Assembly: GCA_038109055.1 (NCBI GenBank)
Contig: JAYNIM010000003.1
Location: forward strand, 1 to 64,000
Reading direction: 5' to 3'
Origin: a bacterium
GTDB lineage: Bacteria; Margulisbacteria; Marinamargulisbacteria; GCA-2716485; JAYNIM01
Length of the DNA: 64,000 nt
Shown here piece after piece: positions 28,817 to 38,958 of the stretch. The position numbers and the translations under genes were made by a program. Position 1 is the stretch's first letter; each line of letters starts with the position of its first letter. The notes beneath the pieces were generated by a model. It had not been told where the DNA came from. It saw only the letters and a program-made list of their open reading frames with translations, and ran no database searches.

Positions 28817-30439
28817 ATGATCATGAATGATTTTATCTCAGTCTCTGATGTGTCTTTATTGCCTTGTTTACCCGGTGTCTACCACTTTTATGATACAGAT
28901 AAACAGCTGCTATATGTGGGAAAAGCTCTGCATTTAAAAAAGCGGGTTAGCAGTTACTTTCAACAAAAACAACACACCCTTAAAACGACGGTCATGCTAC
29001 GAAAAGTTGTGTGGATTCGCGTGTTACTGTGTCCTAGTGAAGCGGATGCCCTTGTCCTTGAAAAACAGTTGGTTCAACACTTTCAGCCTCGATATAATAT
29101 TCTGCTAAAAGATGACAAACACTTCCCCTATCTGAAGCTAACAAAAGAGGTGTTTCCTAAATTGGAGATTGTCCGGGAGAAAAAAAAGGATGGAGCTCGC
29201 TATTTTGGTCCTTACCCCTCGATTGGGTCAACAAAAGCCCTGAAGAGACATCTCTATGATTTGTTCCCTATTCGGGATTGTAAGCAAGCGATTTCTATTG
29301 ATACACCCGAACAAAAATGTATTCTTTTGGACCTGGAGCGCTGTTTGGGACCATGTGTTTATAAAACTATTCGTTCAGAGTATGACGCCTATGTTCAGTC
29401 TCTGACTCTTTTTTTACAGGGAAAGAAAAAAAGCCTGTTAAAACAACTTGAAACGCGCATGCATGAGGCAGCTACTAATCATCACTTTGAACTTGCAGCT
29501 AAATTTAGAGACTCGTTACAACAACTTCGTCGTTTATTTAGCCAAGAACCTCTATTAACTTCAACGACTGAAACCTGTCTTTGCTTTGCCTTAATCTCTC
29601 GCTCTGATCTCCATTATGTCTCTGTTCAACATTATGTTGATGGCCACTTACGCTTTCAATACGGTCACTATAGCCAAACATATTGTGATGCCCTCGATTT
29701 TATGGAACAAGTAGCGATTGATGTGTTAGCTGAACTCTCTCACATACCGCCGTTACTCCTTTGTCAATCTGACTATACAGAGATTCTTCAGGAGCTTGCA
29801 TTCTCGTTACCTGCTACATGCCGTGTTCTATCCCCAAAAAAAGGCGCAAAAGCCAAACTATTAGCTATGGCAGAACGCAATGCTGAACAGGCCCTTGAAC
29901 GTATCCAGCTGAAACCTAGAAAAACGTCTGTCTTACCACAGGTTCAAACTCAATTTCGACTCAAACAGTTGCCTCGTCGAATCTTTGGCTTTGATGTATC
30001 CCATTTACATGGGACGGGGATTGTAGGATCCTGTGTCTGTTTTGTGGACGCAAGACCCTCAAAAGCTGATTATCGACATTTTAAAATCAAAGCAACGATT
30101 CCTCATAGCAATGATCCATTATGTATGAAAGAATTACTTTTACGGCGTTTTAAGGGCTGTCTGAGTAAAAATGAGCCCTTACCTCACCTCGTTTTAGTAG
30201 ATGGGGGGAAAGGCCAATTATCCTTTGCCTGTGACGCGTTGGCTGAGTTGGGGCTATTGGAGAAGGTTGAGATTCTAGCCTTGGCAAAACGTCTTGAGGA
30301 AATTTTTGTGCCGGGTGCTTCCTCTGCAATTCGCCTTAATCACGATGACCCTGCGCTGCATCTGCTGCAACATGTCCGGGATGAGTCTCATCGCTTTGCA
30401 CTTCGATTGCAACGAAAACAACGTGATCTTGGCAGGTAA
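28817..30439 (+). CDS. uvrC: Excinuclease ABC subunit C, lacking the C-terminal HhH domain
   Basis: GIY-YIG (PGVY...YVGKA..LK.RV.SYF), UVR domain, RNase H-like DVSH, DGGKGQ and RDESHRFA. Confidence 0.93.
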   Translation: MIMNDFISVSDVSLLPCLPGVYHFYDTDKQLLYVGKALHLKKRVSSYFQQKQHTLKTTVMLRKVVWIRVLLCPSEADALVLEKQLVQHFQPRYNILLKDDKHFPYLKLTKEVFPKLEIVREKKKDGARYFGPYPSIGSTKALKRHLYDLFPIRDCKQAISIDTPEQKCILLDLERCLGPCVYKTIRSEYDAYVQSLTLFLQGKKKSLLKQLETRMHEAATNHHFELAAKFRDSLQQLRRLFSQEPLLTSTTETCLCFALISRSDLHYVSVQHYVDGHLRFQYGHYSQTYCDALDFMEQVAIDVLAELSHIPPLLLCQSDYTEILQELAFSLPATCRVLSPKKGAKAKLLAMAERNAEQALERIQLKPRKTSVLPQVQTQFRLKQLPRRIFGFDVSHLHGTGIVGSCVCFVDARPSKADYRHFKIKATIPHSNDPLCMKELLLRRFKGCLSKNEPLPHLVLVDGGKGQLSFACDALAELGLLEKVEILALAKRLEEIFVPGASSAIRLNHDDPALHLLQHVRDESHRFALRLQRKQRDLGR

Positions 30440-30579
30440 TTTGGCGATGTCCTTGTGGATCTATTAGCAATTGTATCTTTGCGTTGAATTGAAATAGGGC
30501 CATGTATGCTTGAGTAGGCGCTATCTTTAGAGTGAATATACCATCAAGGCGTCACTGATGATTTATTTCAGGATAGTCC

Positions 30580-31182
30580 TTAGGGACGATAAACTTGATT
30601 TAATAAGGCCTCTATTTTTTGCGTTACCTTTTTTGAATCTGGTTTTGTCATAGACCCAAAACGTGCGACTATTCGCCCTTCGCGATCTATTAAGAATTTG
30701 GTAAAGTTCCATCTAATCGGCTCATGAAAACTAGGGTTATCTTTTTTATTCGTTAGTTTTTGATAAAGGGGATGTTTGTTTGTTCCTTTGACATGTATCT
30801 TTTCAAGTAAGGGAAAGGTCACCTGATAATTTAATTGACAAAATGTTTTGATTTCCTGGGCCGTGCCTGGTTCTTGATTAGCAAAATCATTGGAAGGGAT
30901 CCCAATTACTAAAAAACCTTTGTCTTTATAGCGCTCATAAATTGCTTGTAAATCTTTATATTGACTTGTAAACCCACACTTACTTGCTACGTTAACCATT
31001 AATATAAGTTTCCCTTTACATTGATCAAAGTCAAAGGGTTTTCCATTAATATCGTTGATGGAAATATCCTGAAAAAACTGAGGTGGTGATGGTAATTTTA
31101 TTTTTTTGGTGGCCTGAACCGTCGCTACCGAAGCTGCGATCCCAATGATAAAGCAACTAGTGATGATTAGTTTGATTCCCAT
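30580..31182 (-). CDS. Glutathione peroxidase family protein, Cys type, with signal peptide
   Basis: VNVASKCG, P.N.F..QEPG, WNFTKFL motifs. Confidence 0.95.
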   Translation of the reverse strand: MGIKLIITSCFIIGIAASVATVQATKKIKLPSPPQFFQDISINDINGKPFDFDQCKGKLILMVNVASKCGFTSQYKDLQAIYERYKDKGFLVIGIPSNDFANQEPGTAQEIKTFCQLNYQVTFPLLEKIHVKGTNKHPLYQKLTNKKDNPSFHEPIRWNFTKFLIDREGRIVARFGSMTKPDSKKVTQKIEALLNQVYRP

Positions 31183-31280
31183 GTGTCTTTTTCCTTTTTA
31201 GTCTATACTAACTTTCACCCTGCTTATGATCAAGCGTTTTTATTCGTAATAGTTTTGGCTTTTTCTATCTGTGATGATAA

Positions 31281-31309
31281 TTGACAGCTCTTCGTGAGGG
31301 CGTGATACT
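31281..31309 (+). promoter_or_regulatory. ribF-menA-addBA promoter, leaderless type
   Basis: TTGACA-N17-GATACT, 7 nt before ATG 31317. Confidence 0.65.
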
Positions 31310-31316
31310 AACAGTA

Positions 31317-32180
31317 ATGGATACTGATGAACTATGTATAGATAGAACTCTCCCTGGTTCCTGTGGGGTATTGGGCCTTGGTGTTTTTGATGGTTGTCAT
31401 TTGGCGCATCAAGAACTGGCCAAACACTGTGATACGCTTTTGAGCCTCTTTCCTCACCCTCGCATGGTTTTAGGTAATGAAAGCTGCCAATATTTGAGTA
31501 TGCCTGAGGAACGTAAGGTGTTTTATGAGCGGTCTCTGGTACTCCGCTTTACGCCGGAAGTTGCAACACTCTCCGCGCTTTCATTTTTAGAAAAACTCTG
31601 TCATCAACTGTCGCCAACAGGCTTTGTGGTGGGTTATGATTTTCGCTTTGGTCACCAGCGTGAGGGGGATGCGTCATTTTTGCGTGATTGGGCGAAAGAC
31701 CGCGGACTCAGTTGTCGCATTGTCCCCTGCTTTCGTTATCATGATACTGTAGTTAAAAGTGGTGTAATTAGAACAGCTATACGTGAAGGCAAGTTTGATT
31801 GGGCCGTGACACTCCTTGGCCATCCCTATGTCGTGACAGGTGATGTTATTACAGGCGATGGTCGTGGTAAGTCTTTGGGATTTCCTACAGCTAATCTTTC
31901 TCTAGCGCCAGAGAAGCTACTGCCTGCCCCAGGTGTATATGCTGCACGCCTAATCTCCCCGTTTAAGGATCACTCTGCAATCGTATATGTGGGCTCGAAA
32001 CCGACATTTTCTGGCAAAGGGCAACATCTTGAAGTCCATGTACCTAACTTTGAGGGCTCTCTCTATCATCAACGCTTACAATTGGGTCTGTATAAACATA
32101 TTCGTGATGAAAAAGTCTTTGCTTCTCGAGACGCATTGATCTCCCAAATCAAACAAGACCTTGAGGCTCTTTCAACATGA
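31317..32180 (+). CDS. ribF: Riboflavin kinase / FAD synthetase
   Basis: G.FDG.H.AH, VGYDFRFG, G..LGFPTAN, IRDEK.F. Confidence 0.95.
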   Translation: MDTDELCIDRTLPGSCGVLGLGVFDGCHLAHQELAKHCDTLLSLFPHPRMVLGNESCQYLSMPEERKVFYERSLVLRFTPEVATLSALSFLEKLCHQLSPTGFVVGYDFRFGHQREGDASFLRDWAKDRGLSCRIVPCFRYHDTVVKSGVIRTAIREGKFDWAVTLLGHPYVVTGDVITGDGRGKSLGFPTANLSLAPEKLLPAPGVYAARLISPFKDHSAIVYVGSKPTFSGKGQHLEVHVPNFEGSLYHQRLQLGLYKHIRDEKVFASRDALISQIKQDLEALST

Positions 32181-33067
32181 GTACATCACCAGGGCTATGG
32201 AAAGCGTGGTTATTGGCGGCTCGACCTCAGACCCTGTTTGTAAGTATCTGTCCAGTATTAATAGCCATCGTCTTAAGTTTTCGCTTGGCTTCGATTGACT
32301 GGTTTGGGAGTGTATGTTGTCTCATGATTGCGCTTTTATTGCAGCTTGCGGCTAATTTTTCTAATGATTATTTTGATGCTAAACATGGGGTAGATACGCC
32401 GCAGCGAGTGGGCCCTAAACGTGCCACTGCTGAAGGTTGGATATCGGCTAGCTCTATGAAACGAGGCTTTATCTTGTGTTTATTAGCGGCCTTTTTACTG
32501 GGTTTGATTATCATTTTAAAAGCGGGATGGCTCTTTGCGATATTGGGGGTAGCCGCTATTTTATCTGCAATTCTTTATACAGGAGGACCGTTTCCCTATG
32601 GCTATTTTGGTTTGGGTGATGTCTTTGCCTTTTTTTTCTTCGGGCCTGTCGCTGTCTGTGGAACGTATTATGTGAATGCCTTGGTCTGGTCTGACTATGT
32701 GTTTATCTTAAGTGTCGCACCTGGACTACTTGCGACAGCTATTTTGGCTGTTAATAATCTGCGAGATTGTGATGAAGATACCCTACACAATAAACGAACT
32801 CTGGCTGTTTTATTGGGCAAGCGCTTTGTTAAATTTGAATATGCTGTGTGTGTGTGGGTGGCTGCCCTTATTCCACTTTATCTTTATTTTCATCACGGCC
32901 TTTACCCTTTTACTGTTTTAACGATCATTGTTACTTTTTTGGCAAAAAAACCCTTACGTATGATGTGGGATTCTGATGACGCTGATTTGAATGAGGCCCT
33001 TGTTAGAACGGCAAAATTGCTTGTAAGTTTTAGTATTTTGTTTACAGTTGGCGTTTTGGCAAATTAA
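32177..33067 (+). CDS. menA: 1,4-dihydroxy-2-naphthoate prenyltransferase
   Basis: ARP.TL, NDYFD...G.D, YTGGP.PYGY.GLGD, NNLRD..ED...KRTLAV. Confidence 0.95.
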   Translation: MSTSPGLWKAWLLAARPQTLFVSICPVLIAIVLSFRLASIDWFGSVCCLMIALLLQLAANFSNDYFDAKHGVDTPQRVGPKRATAEGWISASSMKRGFILCLLAAFLLGLIIILKAGWLFAILGVAAILSAILYTGGPFPYGYFGLGDVFAFFFFGPVAVCGTYYVNALVWSDYVFILSVAPGLLATAILAVNNLRDCDEDTLHNKRTLAVLLGKRFVKFEYAVCVWVAALIPLYLYFHHGLYPFTVLTIIVTFLAKKPLRMMWDSDDADLNEALVRTAKLLVSFSILFTVGVLAN

Positions 33068-33072
33068 CGTTT

Positions 33073-35976
33073 ATGTCTGAACGTGTTTATGTGTATACCC
33101 AGGGCTTTGATCAAGGATGGCGTGGTCCTTTTTGGGATATGTTTTTTCAAATTCTTGCCCATAATGGTGCGAAGGACTGTCTTTTTTTAGTTCCGAGTCA
33201 TGCCTTTAAACAATCTTTAGTGAGCGAATGTCTGCGTCGATTAGATCATGATATATGCTTGCCTGATTTGCTGACCTTTGATGAGCTTATTGCCGCCTGT
33301 TTTTATGAGCAGGTTGATGCCCATGTCCTAACTGAACAAGGCTGTCTTTCCGCCTGCATGCAAGACAATCCTCTCCTGTGGCCATCTTCACTACAATCAC
33401 CTGCGTCTCTTAAAGCATTGCAAGCATTGTGGCAGGATACTCGCCGTTATGGATGGTCGGCTACTACGTATAAACGTTGCGAATCGCACCCTTTTCATGA
33501 GGCTATTCCTAGGCTTTTTTTAGAGGCCCAACAACGTCTCAAGAGCTACCCCACAAAGCCCCTCTTATCACTGTATTATCGTGCTGAGAAAGAGGGGTAT
33601 TGCTCTTTGTTAGAGTTTGTCGGATCACGCAGTGTTTTTTGTGCTGGGTTTTGGCAACTCCCCCCCTATCAACAAGCTGTGTTGGATGCTTTGTGGACCT
33701 TGCCTGGCGAGCATAGTTTATTGCTGTATTATATTGCGGGTCATTCAGCTTACCAAGCCGCAGTTCCTTGGATACGTAGGCTTGAAGCTGATTCACGTAT
33801 TGAATGGCTCTCGGCTGAGTCTCCGTCTTATCGTAAAACTCCCTCGTTGTTTGTAGCAGACCATGTGCAGCAAGAAGTCGCTCATCTTATCTCTTGGATT
33901 TTGTCGGCGCTTCAAAGTCAAACAATTAAATGTCTCGAAGATGTTAGTATTGTGCTGGCGGATTATACTCGTTATTTGCCTGTTCTAGCCCAAGAAGCCC
34001 AAGCAAAGAGCCTGCCCCTTTATTTATCTACACGGTATTTAGAACAACGCCCTCTTGGACGGCTTATCCAAGCTATCCTAACCTTAAGCTATCCCCTGCA
34101 AGATCTCCAGGCTTTTTTGGGCCTCTTTTCTCAGTCTTTATTCCATTCTTTTCAAGGCATCATCCCCTTGCCATGGTTATGGGAACTCGCTGATTCCATC
34201 GGTCGAAAACCTCGTTATTGGCTTGACTGGGAGCGTGCTTTTCACACTGTTCGCAACAAATGTCCAGAAATTGAACAGTCGGCGCTTGATTCCCAGCTGG
34301 CACTTCTAGACGCATTAAACAAACAGTGTCAGCGTTTTTTTTATGCGCGCTCTATGCATGAGATCATCACTGCTTTTGTTACTTTATGGAAGGCGATTGA
34401 TCTTGATACCTTTGTCTCCACGTTTTCTGAGAGAGATTGCGATTTATTTCGAGCGGATACTGAGGCCTTTGATGCCTTGCTGTTATCTCTTGAAATCCAA
34501 GAATCTCAGCGTATTTTGATGATTGATGGCCCAGAGTCCTGGCAATCTCGCTTGCGTCTGGGTTTATCACAGCAGACGGTGAGCTCTCCACATAAAAACG
34601 GACTTCGCATCGTGGGTAAATTTGACGCTTTCTTAATCAATACCCCGGTCATTTGGATCTTGGGTTGTGAACAAGGTACGTGGCCACAGGCTCCCAGACC
34701 CTCTGTTTTTATCTCCTCTCAAACTCGAAAACGGTTGGGCTGGCCCTCTGTTGCTGATCAAGCCTTGGCTGATCGATATATTTGGGAATCGTTATATCAA
34801 CATCCTGACGCAGAGGTTATGCTGAGTGTATCTCGTTCACAAAATGACCATAGGCTGTCACTCTGTGACTGGATATTGCCTGACACCCAACGTCAGGTTC
34901 AGACCTGTGTTTCACGTGAAACATCGTTTGTTTTAGCTGAAAAACCAGTCCCTCTTTCAGAAAAACTGATTTCTATGAAATCGACTCTTTCACTCTCTAG
35001 CTCTGATACTCTCTCTAAAACTGACACTACTCATTCTGTTTATAGTCCGTCTATGCTCGAGTCTTACCAACGCTGTCCTCGTGCATTTTACCTTCGTCGT
35101 GTACTAAAGGTGCCTGACTCCTCGCCTAGCCAACTAGACATTGCTGATAAAGATTGGGGAGATTTGTTGCATGCTGTGATGAAGGAATTTGTCTCTTCAT
35201 GGCCCTACACATCGCTTTCTAAGGCGGAGAACACCCTCTCTACTCTCTTTAAGGATTATGCACAACGCCTCTTTCCAGATGATCACTGGCTACACTTTCG
35301 CTGTGAGCGTTGGAAAAAAGGTCATGCTTATCTTAAATCTTGGATCTCTCTACTGAGAGAACTCTTTGTTAATTATAAACCTATTGGCCTTGAAGTTCCT
35401 TTGGGGCCTTTCACACAAGAAAGTGAAACTGACTCCTTCTCGGTTTCAGGGCAAGCGGATCTACTTATTCAGCATCGCGAAAAACCCTTTGTCTTTGTCG
35501 TGGATTATAAAACAGGCTCGATGCTTAGCAGCCCGGCAGATCTTCGTCAGGGCAAGTCATTGCAGCTCCCCCTATACTTACTTGCCTTGCAACACCATCC
35601 TGGTTTAGTACTCAATGGAACAAACCTACTTCCTTCTGATGTCCATATTGGAGGGGCTATCTTATTGCAGTGCCACCGTGAGTTACTCACCCATAAAACC
35701 CTCGTCCTATCTCCAGACTGCAAAGAGGACACCCCTTTGTCGGCACCGGGCCCCCGCTCCTATCTCACTTGGGATGACCACAGTAAACTTGACACCATCT
35801 CTATTCTTGATGATATTCATCATGATCTTTCTGAGAATATGTATAGTGAAGATCCTGTTCATGGACGCTCAAATGCCACCTCTAACCCAACCTTTCGTCA
35901 ACAAAGCTGTTCATTTTGCTCGTTTCAATGGAGCTGCCAGTATCCCGAACGCTGGAAAGGGGCGCTTGGTGGATAA
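33073..35976 (+). CDS. addB: AddB-like helicase-nuclease subunit
   Basis: S.S.LE.Y..CP, G.AD, VDYKTG, QL.LY and terminal CxxC...C Fe-S cysteines; upstream of addA. Confidence 0.8.
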   Translation: MSERVYVYTQGFDQGWRGPFWDMFFQILAHNGAKDCLFLVPSHAFKQSLVSECLRRLDHDICLPDLLTFDELIAACFYEQVDAHVLTEQGCLSACMQDNPLLWPSSLQSPASLKALQALWQDTRRYGWSATTYKRCESHPFHEAIPRLFLEAQQRLKSYPTKPLLSLYYRAEKEGYCSLLEFVGSRSVFCAGFWQLPPYQQAVLDALWTLPGEHSLLLYYIAGHSAYQAAVPWIRRLEADSRIEWLSAESPSYRKTPSLFVADHVQQEVAHLISWILSALQSQTIKCLEDVSIVLADYTRYLPVLAQEAQAKSLPLYLSTRYLEQRPLGRLIQAILTLSYPLQDLQAFLGLFSQSLFHSFQGIIPLPWLWELADSIGRKPRYWLDWERAFHTVRNKCPEIEQSALDSQLALLDALNKQCQRFFYARSMHEIITAFVTLWKAIDLDTFVSTFSERDCDLFRADTEAFDALLLSLEIQESQRILMIDGPESWQSRLRLGLSQQTVSSPHKNGLRIVGKFDAFLINTPVIWILGCEQGTWPQAPRPSVFISSQTRKRLGWPSVADQALADRYIWESLYQHPDAEVMLSVSRSQNDHRLSLCDWILPDTQRQVQTCVSRETSFVLAEKPVPLSEKLISMKSTLSLSSSDTLSKTDTTHSVYSPSMLESYQRCPRAFYLRRVLKVPDSSPSQLDIADKDWGDLLHAVMKEFVSSWPYTSLSKAENTLSTLFKDYAQRLFPDDHWLHFRCERWKKGHAYLKSWISLLRELFVNYKPIGLEVPLGPFTQESETDSFSVSGQADLLIQHREKPFVFVVDYKTGSMLSSPADLRQGKSLQLPLYLLALQHHPGLVLNGTNLLPSDVHIGGAILLQCHRELLTHKTLVLSPDCKEDTPLSAPGPRSYLTWDDHSKLDTISILDDIHHDLSENMYSEDPVHGRSNATSNPTFRQQSCSFCSFQWSCQYPERWKGALGG
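34908..34923. promoter_or_regulatory. parS: parS site inside addB
   Basis: Perfect palindrome TGTTTCACGTGAAACA. Confidence 0.9.
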
Positions 35977-38758
35977 GTGGACCCCTAGCCAAGAACAGGC
36001 CATTTTTAATCAGAAACAAAACTTGCTCATTGAGGCGGGTGCAGGGTCGGGAAAAACGGCCGTCCTAGTTGCCCGTTATTTGGAGTTTTTACGACAAGGG
36101 AAGGATATAAGCCCAGAAAACATCTTGGTCCTTACATTTACTAAAAAAGCAGCCTCTGAGCTAAAAACGCGCATATCGACTTCATTGCTTGATTCGCCTG
36201 ATCTTTGCCTGGATCGCCATTTTCAGCGAGAGTCATGGATTACAACCATTCATGGATTCTGCAAAGAACTTTGTGACCGTTATGGGTTTCAAGCCGGTCA
36301 GGCGCCTTACCCCTCTATTCTGCAGGATGGGATTATCTCGTCTCATTATTTAGACACTTGTATTACCCAGGTTCTTTCCACTTCCACTTCAGCCTCTCTC
36401 GCTCCCCTCCAACGACTCATGCAGCATATGTCCCTTCATCAATTAACCCGCTCTTTAAAGTCCGCCTTACAGTCCCCTTTGAGTATGGAGACCGCTATCT
36501 CAGCTATGACCTTACCCCTGACTGGACATGACCTTACTTATGACGAGGCAAGGACCTTTTTCGCTACAAAAGACCTCACATTAACCCCTTCTAGCTTCAC
36601 TAGCCTGTCTCTCTCTGTAGATTTTATTTGTTTATATCGTCACATTTGGGAGAGATACTGTCATCTTACTAGCAGGCTCAATTGTATCAGCCAAGATGAT
36701 CTTTTACATCGTGCTAAGGCAGTGCTTGAAGACCGAGATATTCGACAGGCCTGCCAGAAACAGTTTCGTCACGTGATGATCGATGAATGCCAGGATACAG
36801 ATCCTTTGCAATGGGAGATCCTTCATGCGCTCTGTGATGATTCAGACCCGCTTCTGCCTAAAAAATTATTTTTAGTGGGTGATTTAAAACAAGCCATCTA
36901 TCGTTTTCGTGGTGCCCAATCCCATTTATTCGTCTCCTTCATGAACACATTTTCCAAGCACCCAGACTCTCAGGTGGTGTCCTTACAAGAGAATTTCCGT
37001 TCAACTCAACCTATCATCACACTTGTCAATCATCTATTTTCTCAGCAACTCGATCCTTTTAGCCCCCTTGTTGCGGTTCATGATTCCTCCCTTAAACATC
37101 CCGTATGCTTGGCTCGGCTTGAAACTGACGCGTTTCACGTGAAACATGTCCTCCATTGGGCAACCACACAACGTGAACAACTTGACCTCAGCTGGAACGA
37201 TGTTGCACTTCTATGCCGAAATCGTCGCCAGCTGACTTACTGGAAACAACAGTTCCTTGATGCCCACATCCCCTGCTGCGAAGACCTTGACCCGTTGACC
37301 TATAAACGTGAATGGACCATAGACCTCATTATGCTTGCGCAGGCCCTTATAGACCCCTTTCATCACCAAGCGTGGCTTCGACTCTGTCAGTCCCGACTGC
37401 TCTCTCTCTCGAATGACAGTCTAACTGTGGTCTGTCAGGAGCTGCCCTTGCAGACTAGCTTTTCGTGGCTGACACGACTTCAGCATCTCCCTTCATCGCC
37501 GCTTCTTACACAGTTCCTAAAAAACTATCACACTGCGGCTCAAAAACGTCGCAATGACTCTCTAGCCTCCGCTGTTTCGCATTTTCTATGCTCTTCCAGC
37601 TATATCCTTACCCAAGATGAAAAAGACGCTGAATCCTGCCTCTTACAGACACTTTATAGTCTTCAGTCCCAAGGGCTATCTGAACTTGAACTCCTCCAAA
37701 GTTTGAAAGCGATGACAGAAGGCCGCCTTCCTGCGACTACAGCGCCCATCGCCCCTAAAGGCATTCGACTTATGACCATGCATGCGTCAAAGGGCCTTGC
37801 TTTCCCTATCGTAATTATCCCAGATTGCCAACGCAGCACCTTTCGTGCTGATACTCGATCTTTTTCTATTAGCCCCTTTGGAATTGCGGCAAGTATTAAA
37901 GATGAAAATAAAAAGCAAAATACCTGGCGAGAGTTTATCAAAAGCGAAGAACAAAAGGCTCAGCTTCAAGAAGAACGTCGCCTCCTCTACGTTGCGATGA
38001 CCCGCGCAGAGAAAGCCCTTCTTGTTTGCGGTACCCATTCTCGTTATAAAAGTGGCACTTGGTGGGATTTTATCTTGCCATTTTGTTGTGACAATCACAA
38101 TACGGATGCCAAAAACATGCATAAAGGTCCCTTCTCGCTCAAGAAAGAACTTCTTAATCAAGGCATCTACTACACAGAATCACCCCAACAACCCCTTATT
38201 GCCCCATCTACTGACGCCATAACACAGACAGCCCCCATGCTATGGCAGCGAGCTCCTTTCGTTACGCCCGATTCATCACTTCCTAATACTCCCACCTCTA
38301 CAAATCCTTCCTTCAGCCTTCATCAACAAGGTCTCGCAAAGTGGGGAAACTGCGTGCACCGGGCACTTGAACTACGCAATCGCCACCCCAAGCGTGATAA
38401 AAAAACACTGATTCATCACAGCCTTCAACGTGTCTCCCCCCACTTACAGACATCCTGGACAAAGAAGCTCCATACTCTATTAGAGCACTATGAAGCACAC
38501 CCCATCTTCACGGCAGTCTGCCAGGCAGAACGCCGCCTCATTGAACACTCCATCCGTTACATTCATAAGCAGACGCAGCAGCATTGCCGACTCGACCTTG
38601 CCTATCTTCACAATCAAAGGTGGACGATTGTTGATTTTAAAACGGGACGCAGTGATCCAGCGCAACTCGAGAACTACAAACATGCGCTTCGCTACTGGCT
38701 AGGGACGCCCAGCATTGTCATTGAGGCCATGTTTATAAATATCACTTCCTTTGGATGA
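35969..38758 (+). CDS. addA: AddA-like UvrD helicase-nuclease
   Basis: AGAGSGKT, TFT.KAA.E, DE.QDT, VGD.KQAIYRFRGA, TMHASKGL, YVAMTRA, C-terminal DFKT nuclease; GTG start overlapping addB. Confidence 0.88.
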   Translation: MDKWTPSQEQAIFNQKQNLLIEAGAGSGKTAVLVARYLEFLRQGKDISPENILVLTFTKKAASELKTRISTSLLDSPDLCLDRHFQRESWITTIHGFCKELCDRYGFQAGQAPYPSILQDGIISSHYLDTCITQVLSTSTSASLAPLQRLMQHMSLHQLTRSLKSALQSPLSMETAISAMTLPLTGHDLTYDEARTFFATKDLTLTPSSFTSLSLSVDFICLYRHIWERYCHLTSRLNCISQDDLLHRAKAVLEDRDIRQACQKQFRHVMIDECQDTDPLQWEILHALCDDSDPLLPKKLFLVGDLKQAIYRFRGAQSHLFVSFMNTFSKHPDSQVVSLQENFRSTQPIITLVNHLFSQQLDPFSPLVAVHDSSLKHPVCLARLETDAFHVKHVLHWATTQREQLDLSWNDVALLCRNRRQLTYWKQQFLDAHIPCCEDLDPLTYKREWTIDLIMLAQALIDPFHHQAWLRLCQSRLLSLSNDSLTVVCQELPLQTSFSWLTRLQHLPSSPLLTQFLKNYHTAAQKRRNDSLASAVSHFLCSSSYILTQDEKDAESCLLQTLYSLQSQGLSELELLQSLKAMTEGRLPATTAPIAPKGIRLMTMHASKGLAFPIVIIPDCQRSTFRADTRSFSISPFGIAASIKDENKKQNTWREFIKSEEQKAQLQEERRLLYVAMTRAEKALLVCGTHSRYKSGTWWDFILPFCCDNHNTDAKNMHKGPFSLKKELLNQGIYYTESPQQPLIAPSTDAITQTAPMLWQRAPFVTPDSSLPNTPTSTNPSFSLHQQGLAKWGNCVHRALELRNRHPKRDKKTLIHHSLQRVSPHLQTSWTKKLHTLLEHYEAHPIFTAVCQAERRLIEHSIRYIHKQTQQHCRLDLAYLHNQRWTIVDFKTGRSDPAQLENYKHALRYWLGTPSIVIEAMFINITSFG
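37131..37146. promoter_or_regulatory. parS: parS site inside addA
   Basis: CGTTTCACGTGAAACA, 15/16 match. Confidence 0.85.
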
Positions 38759-38774
38759 TGTTTCACGTGAAACA
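38759..38774. promoter_or_regulatory. parS: parS site
   Basis: TGTTTCACGTGAAACA immediately after the addA stop. Confidence 0.92.
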
Positions 38775-38958
38775 AGCCCTCTACACCTACCCAATCCTTG
38801 ATACCCTCCTATTTCACAGATAAAATAAATAGAAATGTATATCCCCCCCCGACCTATTAAAATTAGCGAACTGTCCCATTTTTTGTTGTTGCCTCGGCAA
38901 TGCTAACAATACCCCCACACAATCAGCCCCATCCACCCAAAACAAAGTATCCCAAGCT

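Noticed and set aside
30580..31182. Selenocysteine glutathione peroxidase
   Set aside because: The active-site codon is Cys in NVASKCG and there is no in-frame TGA
35615..35968. 118-aa N-terminal extension of AddA given by the ORF track
   Set aside because: It overlaps the addB 3' end; the helicase motifs begin right after GTG 35969
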